Shown here in pieces: positions 1-7,135 of a stretch of 25,611 nucleotides of DNA (its first letter is position 1; every line of letters begins with the position of its first letter). Source of the DNA: Candidatus Hadarchaeota archaeon (GTDB taxonomy: Archaea; CAYQAE01; CAYVLA01); the NCBI GenBank assembly GCA_964452145.1, contig CAYVLA010000011.1:1-25611 (forward strand), written 5' to 3'. The notes below the pieces were generated by a model that saw nothing but the letters and a program-made list of their open reading frames with translations, was not told where the DNA came from and ran no database searches. Both the position numbers and the translations under genes were made by a program.

Positions 1-1176
1 GGCAAACTCCCCGCCGCCCCCCGGCGAGTAGTTCCCCTCCTCAAAGACGCCCCTGACGTTGTTGTCAACGAAGAACCTGATGTTAAGCTGGAGCGCCCTG
101 AGGTTTGGGAACGGCATGACGTAGTGTGAGAAATTGGTGACATAGTCCCAGACGTAGAGGGTATGTGCCACCCTGCCCCACTCCCGCATATCACGGGCGA
201 AGCTCGCGTTCTCGGAGCAAGTCGATAGCGGATGTGAGAAACAGCACTCGATGCTGCAGAGCCTGACGATGACGTTCCGGCGCGGCTGGATGTATTTGGT
301 GGCCTTCCTTGTGTAGGTGTATGCCAGCGTGTCCACCCATCTGTCCGGGAACTTGGTTTCCACGATCTCGGCCACCTTGTTGACGAAATGGAGAAGGGAA
401 CCAGCATGGGTGCCCTCCTCGTCATCGATCTTGGCGCAGCTTGGGCACTGGCAAGGGTTCCTCCAGTCGTTCTGGCTGACTGACACCATGGTTGCATGGG
501 GATCCCTCTCCAACCAGGAAGTGGCTCTTTCGGCCGCTATCCGCACCACATCTTCGTTGGTAAGGCACAGCTGGGCCCTCTCCGCAATCCTCTTCCCGTC
601 GATCTCTGAGTAGTATTCGGGATGAGAGGAATAGAACTCCTCTGGGGGGACCAAGCGGTGGAAGGTGTGGACGAAGCCCGCATATGTGATCTTGCCGCCG
701 TGGGCCTGGGTCAGCCTGGCGGAGTGGGAGTTCATCCTGTTTCTTGCGGCCCAGTCTCCGTCGAAGGCCTCTGTGAAGAAGGGCTCCCTGTAGAACAGGA
801 CCGGTTTGAAGTGAAAACCTCCGACAGGCAGGGATACCTCGCGAACTTCTTCGGGTAGGCGTGCTTCGTCCTGTGCTAGCCACCTAACTCCGCAGAAGCG
901 GTCCAGCAACTCGTACGCTCCGTACAGCACGCCCCGCGGTCGCCCGCCGCTGATTATCACGTCCTCGCCTTTCGGCATGATGGCGAACTCCTCGGCCTCA
1001 AGGTCGTAGGAAGGCTGAAGCACGATCGCGCCCGCGGTGCCCCTTCTGGTCCTCGAGGGCTTCTTACCAGTCAGCGCCTCGATCCAACGCTCGAGCTCGG
1101 ATCCAGCGTGCAGCTCTGAAGGGATCGGATCTCTGGGCGCAAGGATGGCACACGAAGTCAGGTTCAACTTTGCCAT
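1..1176 (-). CDS. DUF4838 domain-containing protein with a GH20/GH67-like N-terminal domain; partial, runs off the left edge
   Basis: Absent from the ORF track because there is no stop in the window. Manual translation from ATG 1176 gives an open frame of 392 codons: MAKLNLTSCAIL...IISGGRPRGVLYGAYELL...HPEYYSEIDGKR...QLCLTN...SQNDWRNPCQCPSC...TLAYTYT...VWDYVTNFSHY..PFPNL. These motifs are typical of DUF4838 proteins. Confidence 0.85.
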   Translation of the reverse strand, partial: MAKLNLTSCAILAPRDPIPSELHAGSELERWIEALTGKKPSRTRRGTAGAIVLQPSYDLEAEEFAIMPKGEDVIISGGRPRGVLYGAYELLDRFCGVRWLAQDEARLPEEVREVSLPVGGFHFKPVLFYREPFFTEAFDGDWAARNRMNSHSARLTQAHGGKITYAGFVHTFHRLVPPEEFYSSHPEYYSEIDGKRIAERAQLCLTNEDVVRIAAERATSWLERDPHATMVSVSQNDWRNPCQCPSCAKIDDEEGTHAGSLLHFVNKVAEIVETKFPDRWVDTLAYTYTRKATKYIQPRRNVIVRLCSIECCFSHPLSTCSENASFARDMREWGRVAHTLYVWDYVTNFSHYVMPFPNLRALQLNIRFFVDNNVRGVFEEGNYSPGGGGEFA

Positions 1177-1199
1177 GCAGCCCGCGTGGGCTCGGGCCA

Positions 1200-1206
1200 G
1201 ATAAGT
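1200..1206 (-). promoter_or_regulatory. Putative archaeal TATA box for the DUF4838 gene (leaderless transcript)
   Basis: Minus-strand AAACTTATC lies about 24-30 nt upstream of ATG 1176, and no RBS is visible. Confidence 0.4.
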
Positions 1207-1300
1207 TTGACGGTGGCCACCGCCGCCGCGACGCAACACTGAGGCCCCAGGGACTGGGAGTGAAGAGCGAGGGGAGGAGGAGCTGGCTAAGGGCTAAGGC

Positions 1301-1320
1301 GAAAGATAATATACTTAATA
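1301..1320 (+). promoter_or_regulatory. Putative BRE/TATA promoter upstream of the agmatinase operon
   Basis: AT-rich island GAAAGATAATATACTTAATA in GC-rich DNA, with CTTAATA at 1314-1320. Confidence 0.45.
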
Positions 1321-1511
1321 CAGCGAGGTTCGGTTACGAGCGGTGATCGTGGCAAGGCTGGATACGGGTCCCAAACATGCCCGAACCTGAACTCAGCCCC
1401 TTCGAGGCGATATGTGTTAGGATTTTAGATCAATATCTTTGCCACAACTTTATGGATACAGCCAAGCTTGATGCGGAGGGACACGCAGAATCCATCAGAG
1501 GAGATCGTGAA

Positions 1512-2423
1512 ATGATCCAATCTTACATTCCCAAATGGCCACCCTTCACCTTCGGCGGCCTAGAGAATCCCACTCTCGAGGACTCCAGGGCGGTCATCAT
1601 CCCGGTACCGTTCGACTCCACGGCCTCGTACCTGCCGGGTTCCCGGCATGGACCCGAGTCGATAATAGATGCCTCACGTTACATGGAACTCTTCGACCAC
1701 GAGACCGGATGGTCGCCATGCGAGGTCGGCATCCATACGATGCCAGGCATCGAGCCATGCAGGGGTGATGTGCGTGAAACCCTGAACCGGGTGGGTCGCG
1801 TCGTCACGGAGGTCCTATCAGCCGGCAGGTTCCCGGTCGTCCTGGGGGGAGAGCACTCCGTGACCATCGGGGCCGTAGAGGCCGCCTCCCGCCTCTGCAA
1901 TCGCCTCCGGGTTCTGATTCTGGACGCTCACTGCGACCTGAGGGACGAGTACGAGGGCTCCCGTTTCAGCCACGCCTGCACCGCGAGGCGAATCACGGAG
2001 ACCGTATCAGATGTGACTGGGGTGGGGATGCGTTCCTGCAGCGAGGAGGAGTGGTCCTTCCTCAGGACGCCAGGCCTCAACATGCATTTCTGGAAGGACG
2101 GAGACAGGAAGGCTAGCGTGGCCAAGCTGGCCGAGGTAGCCGCAGATATCAAGGGTTCGCCTGATCCCCTGTATCTCTCGATCGACCTCGATGTCTTCAA
2201 CCCGGCGGAGGTGCCCGCGGTTGGCACGCCAGAGCCTTCCGGCCCAACCTACGATGATCTTCTGCCCCTCATAAAGGAGGTGGCAACGAGGGCGAATCTG
2301 GTTGGAATGGATCTAGTTGAGCTGACACCGATACAGGGTGACCACTCAAGCCAGTTCCTAGCGGCCAAACTGCTTTACAAGATCATCGGGTACCGTTTCG
2401 CTCCAGAAAGGCGCGCAACTTGA
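1512..2423 (+). CDS. speB: Agmatinase (ureohydrolase family)
   Basis: Motifs PFDSTASYLPGSRHGP, GGEHS, DAHCD, SHAC, SIDLDVFNP and GTPEP. I moved the start from 1377 to ATG 1512, which follows a GAGGAG RBS. Confidence 0.93.
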   Translation: MIQSYIPKWPPFTFGGLENPTLEDSRAVIIPVPFDSTASYLPGSRHGPESIIDASRYMELFDHETGWSPCEVGIHTMPGIEPCRGDVRETLNRVGRVVTEVLSAGRFPVVLGGEHSVTIGAVEAASRLCNRLRVLILDAHCDLRDEYEGSRFSHACTARRITETVSDVTGVGMRSCSEEEWSFLRTPGLNMHFWKDGDRKASVAKLAEVAADIKGSPDPLYLSIDLDVFNPAEVPAVGTPEPSGPTYDDLLPLIKEVATRANLVGMDLVELTPIQGDHSSQFLAAKLLYKIIGYRFAPERRAT

Positions 2424-2433
2424 TGGGGAGGCT

Positions 2434-3057
2434 GTGGCACTGAGACGGGTTGTCGGCGTCATGTTGGTCTGTCAATGTCTGATCCTCGCATTGACGGGCT
2501 GCCTGGCCAGGCGAACAACAATCGACCTGATCGGCAAGAAGATGTTCATGGTCGTCAGCCGGAGGAACTCCCGTGACTCCGAGCTTACAGATCCGAGGGA
2601 CTTCTTCCTCACGTGCGGCCCGACCGTTGAGGTAGCCGCCACATATCCGGGAGGGGTCATCGGAATCGACGGGCTCTCGATGACCCCCGACAAGGACCTA
2701 GAGCAGGTACACGGTGCGTCCTACGACGCGGTGATCCTCGTGGGGGGTCCGGGCTCCACAACCCGCCTCTGGGACAACCCTGACGCCACGAGGCTCGCCA
2801 AGGAAGCGTACGGCTCCGGGAAGATGGTCGCCGCCCTCTCAAAGGTCGTCTTGGCCAGGTCCGGGATCCTTGAAGGGAGAAGGGTCACCCACTGCAACGA
2901 CTCCCAGCTGAAGACTGAGATCCGGGAAGCCGGGGCGGCGTTCACCGGAAGACGGGCGGAACGGGATGGGCCCATCTCGATGGCAAGCGGGCTCAGCGCA
3001 GCCAAGAAATGCCCAGAGAATCGTGAAGGCTCTCTTACGCTAGGGGATACCCTATGA
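2434..3057 (+). CDS. DJ-1/PfpI family protein with an N-terminal lipoprotein-like signal; nucleophile Cys absent
   Basis: Motifs RDSEL, YDAVILVGGPG and LARSGILEGRRVT. The hydrophobic N-terminus ends in LALTGC (lipobox-like). RBS GGAGG precedes the GTG start. Confidence 0.8.
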   Translation: MALRRVVGVMLVCQCLILALTGCLARRTTIDLIGKKMFMVVSRRNSRDSELTDPRDFFLTCGPTVEVAATYPGGVIGIDGLSMTPDKDLEQVHGASYDAVILVGGPGSTTRLWDNPDATRLAKEAYGSGKMVAALSKVVLARSGILEGRRVTHCNDSQLKTEIREAGAAFTGRRAERDGPISMASGLSAAKKCPENREGSLTLGDTL

Positions 3058-4199
3058 CACAGGTCCAACCACCGATAGACAGGAACGTGCCGACGGTCAC
3101 CTCCGAGGACCGGGTCGGACGAATCGTGCAGGTTCTCTGCAAGACCAGGTGTAACGCGGCCCTAGTGGTGGATGAAGGGAGATTCGCGGGATGCGTGATG
3201 AGAAGACACCTCCTCAAGCCCCCCCTCTCCCCCGAGACCAAGGCGGAGAGGCTTCTATCCCATGTTCCCGCTCTCGACCCCGCGACGACCATCGAGGACT
3301 CCATCGCAGCGTTCCTCCAGTCAGGCTGCGATCTCTTGGCCATCGTCGAGGCTGGGCATTTCGGCGGGGCACTCTCCGCACGTGACACCGTTCTCCGCCA
3401 TCCGGCCTTGGAGGGGTTGACCCTGGGTGAGGCCGCGGATCAACTGGCCCCGCCTCTGAGCCATGACGCCTCGATCATCGAGGCAGCTAACTCCCTCAGA
3501 AACCTAGATCTTGAGTCCCTGCCGCTGGCGGATGAAAGGGGAAGCCTGGCGGGTTGGGTGTCCTTTTCCGAGATTCAGCGATACATGATCGCGCCGGTGA
3601 GGGGCGTCAGGAGAGTGGGAGAGATGGTAGGAGAGAAGCAGCACCCGGCCAGAAACCCGGTCCTGCCCCTAGCCAAGCGGGACGGCGTCTCTCTCCAGGT
3701 TCACACGACCCTGCAGGATGTCACGGAACTCCTCTGCTCAAGACAAATGAACGAGCTCACGGTCCTGGATGGGTCCCGCGTCCTGGGCCACCTTAGCGTG
3801 CTCAGGATCTTGGCCTTGATTCTCGCCCTTCGGAGGCCATCGGACGGTGTCCTTGTCCAGACTGCAGGAATGGAACAGGAGGACCCCATCGTCGCAGGCA
3901 GGGTCGTCGAAGCCCTGAGTGCGTCGGCTCTGAAACTGGGCAGGATTTGCAGAATCAGGCGCGCCCCCGAGATCAAGGTCAAGTCATACAAGCATGCTGG
4001 ATCCGGGCGCACAAGGTATGAGGTCAAGGTCGCGTTCTGGGTTCCGGAGCAGTACGTTGCCGAGGCCCAGGGATGGGACCTTCTCTCCGTCTCAAGCCAG
4101 GCCATTGGGAAGGCCGAGAAGGAGGTCCTTCGCAGCCGGTCCAAGGTGATCGACGCCCATCGGCGGGGACGCACCAGAGGCCGAGAAGGAGTGCAGTAG
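3054..4199 (+). CDS. CBS-domain protein with a C-terminal HPF/RaiA-like domain (archaeal ribosome hibernation factor-like)
   Basis: Four degenerate CBS repeats (ALVVDEGRFAGCV, LAIVEAGHFGGALS, LPLADERGSLAGWVS, LTVLDGSRVLGHLS). These are followed by about 100 aa with IKVKSYKHAGSGRTRYEVKV...VAEAQGWDLLSVSSQAIGKAEKEV. ATGA overlap with the upstream stop. Confidence 0.8.
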   Translation: MTQVQPPIDRNVPTVTSEDRVGRIVQVLCKTRCNAALVVDEGRFAGCVMRRHLLKPPLSPETKAERLLSHVPALDPATTIEDSIAAFLQSGCDLLAIVEAGHFGGALSARDTVLRHPALEGLTLGEAADQLAPPLSHDASIIEAANSLRNLDLESLPLADERGSLAGWVSFSEIQRYMIAPVRGVRRVGEMVGEKQHPARNPVLPLAKRDGVSLQVHTTLQDVTELLCSRQMNELTVLDGSRVLGHLSVLRILALILALRRPSDGVLVQTAGMEQEDPIVAGRVVEALSASALKLGRICRIRRAPEIKVKSYKHAGSGRTRYEVKVAFWVPEQYVAEAQGWDLLSVSSQAIGKAEKEVLRSRSKVIDAHRRGRTRGREGVQ

Positions 4200-4202
4200 G
4201 CC

Positions 4203-4613
4203 TTGTCGGATGTCGAGATGGTCCTAGAGATCGACGGAGCCTCAAAAGGCAACCCAGGCCCGGCCGGCGCCGGCTACATACTGTCCCAGGGAGGCAGCAT
4301 CATGGCCCAGGGGAAGGTGGGTCTGGGTATAACCACCAACAACGTTGCCGAGTACTCGGCCCTTATCCTGGGTCTTCAGAAGGCACTGGAAATGGGCGCA
4401 TCCAGGGTTCTTGCTCTTACGGACAGCATCCTCCTGGCAAGACAGATGACAGGGTCCTACAGGGTTCGACAGGACCACCTCAAACCCCTCCACGCCAGAT
4501 GTGTCGATCTGGTCTCTCGCCTGGCATCCTTCCGTATAAGGCACATTCCATCCAACCACAACAGGGCCCATGCCCTAGCGGAGGAAGCAGCCAGAGAGAT
4601 GGATCATATTTAA
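4203..4613 (+). CDS. rnhA: Ribonuclease HI (archaeal/actinobacterial short type)
   Basis: Motifs IDGASKGNPGPAGAG, TNNVAEYSAL and TDS..LARQMTGSYRV. The last acidic catalytic position appears to be His (RAHALA). An alternative start is ATG 4218. Confidence 0.9.
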   Translation: MSDVEMVLEIDGASKGNPGPAGAGYILSQGGSIMAQGKVGLGITTNNVAEYSALILGLQKALEMGASRVLALTDSILLARQMTGSYRVRQDHLKPLHARCVDLVSRLASFRIRHIPSNHNRAHALAEEAAREMDHI

Positions 4614-4643
4614 GGACAGACACTATCCGGGTCCGGAATCGAC

Positions 4644-5345
4644 ATGTTCGCCCTCGGATGGAGATCGGCCATCGCGATGACCGTCGTTGCATCGGCCCTT
4701 GCCTCTTCCGCCATCGCAGTGGAATATGAGCCCGGTGTGTCGGTGGGCCAATGGGTGAGATTCGGTGAGGTCGTGGTGATCGGCATCATCTCCGATCCAG
4801 GGGAGGTTCCGAAGTGGATTCGGACTGAGGTGACCGCGATCTCGGGGAAGAAAGTGACCCTTCGCACGTTCGGTGAGATGATGAACGGCAACGCGACGGA
4901 GGAGATCGTCAACGTGTTTGATGTTGAAGCTGGAACAATGAATGGCTCGCTCAGCCCTTTGAATCCCGTGATTGCGGCAAATCTGAAGGAGGGCGACGCG
5001 CTACCTCCCTTTGAGCTGAAGATGAAGATAAACAAGACCGAGATCCGCACCTATCTCGGCGTCGCTAGGACCGTCAACGTCTACGACTCCGTCGTTGCCA
5101 CGCCGGAGTATCGGTCGAACACCAAACTGGTGTACGACAAAGCTTCTGGAATTCTGCTGGAGCTTGAGATGTCGGCGATCTGGATTGCGGGCGAATCCAT
5201 GGTGCGCTACGTTGCCACCGACACCAACATCTTCAAGGCAACACCTGTGGGCGAAAACGTGGCGTACGTCTGCCTAGCCACGATGATTGTTGCCTTGTTC
5301 GTCGTCCGAAGAGCCGGCACGAACACTGGGAGGACCTCGGCCTAG
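4644..5345 (+). CDS. Secreted or surface hypothetical protein with signal peptide and C-terminal membrane anchor
   Basis: N-terminal signal peptide (...ASSAIA/VEY), a YEPGVSVGQWVRF...VYDKASGILLE core, then a C-terminal hydrophobic helix followed by RR. A TTTAAG TATA-like box is at 4609-4614. Confidence 0.8.
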   Translation: MFALGWRSAIAMTVVASALASSAIAVEYEPGVSVGQWVRFGEVVVIGIISDPGEVPKWIRTEVTAISGKKVTLRTFGEMMNGNATEEIVNVFDVEAGTMNGSLSPLNPVIAANLKEGDALPPFELKMKINKTEIRTYLGVARTVNVYDSVVATPEYRSNTKLVYDKASGILLELEMSAIWIAGESMVRYVATDTNIFKATPVGENVAYVCLATMIVALFVVRRAGTNTGRTSA

Positions 5346-5644
5346 CCCCGCCGACGCTCCGAAAGCGCTCCGGGCTGGAGCCGGGATGCAACCCTAATTA
5401 GTGGAGAAAACTTGAACCCCGAAATGACCCACCCCGCTCTCAGGTTGTCTTACCGGGAGAATGGTGCTCACGAGTTGCCCATCTGTGCCGGCTTTCTGAG
5501 TCATCTCCTGCAGCTTCCTTCCCTAGGCTATCTGCGTGTTATGGCCAGACCTGATGTCTGCCTGCAAAGATGCTTGGCAGGAGACCAGATGCACCTGATA
5601 AGAGATTTCAAGCCAGGCCTGTCGCCCTAGATCGGAGGCCGAAC

Positions 5645-6685
5645 GTGAGAACCGTGAAGGTCGGCATCATCGGTTGCGGCGGGATAGCCCAGGCGGCGCA
5701 TATTCCCGCATACAGGAAGCTTCCGCATGTCGAGATCGTGGCCTGTTGTGACATCGATGAGAAGAAGGCGAAGGAGGCGGCGGAGAAGTTCGGGATAGGA
5801 AAGGTCTTCGCCGACTACCGCCAGTTACTGAGAATCAAGGAAATCGAGGCCGTGAGCGTATGCACCCCGAACCTGGCGCACAAGGCCCCCACGGTGGCCG
5901 CTCTGCGTGCCGGAAAGCATGTTCTGGTCGAGAAGCCCATGGCCATGAACGCCAGAGAGGCGAGCGTCATGGTGGCGGCGGCCCGAAAGTATGACAGAAA
6001 GCTCATGGTCGGACTCAACAACAGGTGGCGGGCGGACGTCCAAGCCTTGAAACGATTCGTGGATGCGGGAGAACTTGGCGAGATCTACTTCGCCAAGGCC
6101 CAGTGCCTCCGCAGGAGAGGCATACCGGGATGGGGAGTCTTCACCCAGAAGGACAAGCAGGGCGGGGGCCCCCTAGTGGACCTGGGGGTACACATCATGG
6201 ACGCAGCTCTGTATCTGATGGGTTTCCCCGCCCCAAGGGCAGTCAGCGGGGCGACCTACACCAAGTTCGGAACAAGGGATGGGCTGGTCGGCCTGATGGG
6301 CAGTTGGGACCCCAGCAAGTACACGGTAGAGGACTATGCCCTGGGACTTGTGCGATTTGAGAACCAGGCAACCATGTTCGTTGAGACCAGCTTTGCAGCC
6401 AACATCGAGAAGGACATCTTCGACTTCACATTGCTAGGGACCGAGGGGGGTTGCACCCTCGATCCGCCCAGGATCTTCAGCGAAAGAAACAAGACGCTTC
6501 TAGACATATGCCCCGCCTTCCTCAGGGGAGCTAACACGCACGAGATCGAGATACAGAAGTTTGTAGAGTCGGTGGCAAGCAACCAGGAGCCCCCCGTGAC
6601 CGGCGAGCAGGGCCTCGTCGTCCAGAGGATCATGGACGGGATCTACCGATCTGCCGAGCTAGGAAGGGAGGTAGCCATAACCTGA
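5645..6685 (+). CDS. Gfo/Idh/MocA family NAD(P)-dependent oxidoreductase
   Basis: Motifs KVGIIGCGGIA, VCTPN..H, GKHVLVEKPMA and GGGPLVDLGVH. I moved the start to GTG 5645, after the GGAGG RBS at 5634-5638. Confidence 0.93.
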   Translation: MRTVKVGIIGCGGIAQAAHIPAYRKLPHVEIVACCDIDEKKAKEAAEKFGIGKVFADYRQLLRIKEIEAVSVCTPNLAHKAPTVAALRAGKHVLVEKPMAMNAREASVMVAAARKYDRKLMVGLNNRWRADVQALKRFVDAGELGEIYFAKAQCLRRRGIPGWGVFTQKDKQGGGPLVDLGVHIMDAALYLMGFPAPRAVSGATYTKFGTRDGLVGLMGSWDPSKYTVEDYALGLVRFENQATMFVETSFAANIEKDIFDFTLLGTEGGCTLDPPRIFSERNKTLLDICPAFLRGANTHEIEIQKFVESVASNQEPPVTGEQGLVVQRIMDGIYRSAELGREVAIT

Positions 6686-6824
6686 GAACCGTTTCAGCAT
6701 AGGGATTTGTATCGTTTCAGCCATCCAGCATCCTATGAGAGCCGGACCGAACCCATGTAGGGGCAGACCCGACCGACGCGCTACAGGAGAGAATCGCCCC
6801 AGCCATCCGCCGCCATCCTCGGGC

Positions 6825-7058
6825 ATGCGAAGATATGCCACCGTCCTTGGCTTGGTGGCCGTGCTGACCCTCATCATCTCCACCTGGGTGATTCAGTACC
6901 AAGACGGATCACCTTCGACGCCTGGCGAGATCCGAGCACTCAGTCCGCTGGAGAGAGGCTTGGCCGCCACGGTTGTGCTGGCTGTCACCGGGGCGTGGAT
7001 CACCATTGCAGCCTACAGGTTCGTCTGGCTTTCCGAGAAGCCCTACCCGACCCGCTAA
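6825..7058 (+). CDS. Small two-helix membrane protein (hypothetical)
   Basis: From ATG 6825 the sequence reads MRRYATVLGLVAVLTLIISTWVI...GLAATVVLAVTGAWITIAAYRF, with two clear hydrophobic segments. It is co-oriented with nfeD. Confidence 0.55.
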   Translation: MRRYATVLGLVAVLTLIISTWVIQYQDGSPSTPGEIRALSPLERGLAATVVLAVTGAWITIAAYRFVWLSEKPYPTR

Positions 7059-7135
7059 CACCGGCACTTGGCCAGTTCTGGTTGAGATCCATTTTAGTGA
7101 GGCGTACTTATGATTTTAGACCGATGTGATCATGC

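Noticed and set aside
317..883. ORFs 317..613, 422..883 and 622..858
   Set aside because: All lie within the DUF4838 gene (1..1176, minus strand), in other frames or on the other strand.
1285..1300. Tandem GGCTAAG repeat and purine-rich run
   Set aside because: Only two copies, too short to support a repeat or CRISPR call.
1360..1371. ACGG-loop hairpin resembling a guanidine-II riboswitch
   Set aside because: There is only one such hairpin and it is closed by T-G; guanidine-II needs two G-ACGR-C hairpins.
5346..5640. Short ORFs (5412..5630 on +, a 36-codon ORF on -) and small hairpins in this intergenic gap
   Set aside because: There are no recognisable motifs or convincing start signals, and the 5-bp stems are expected by chance.
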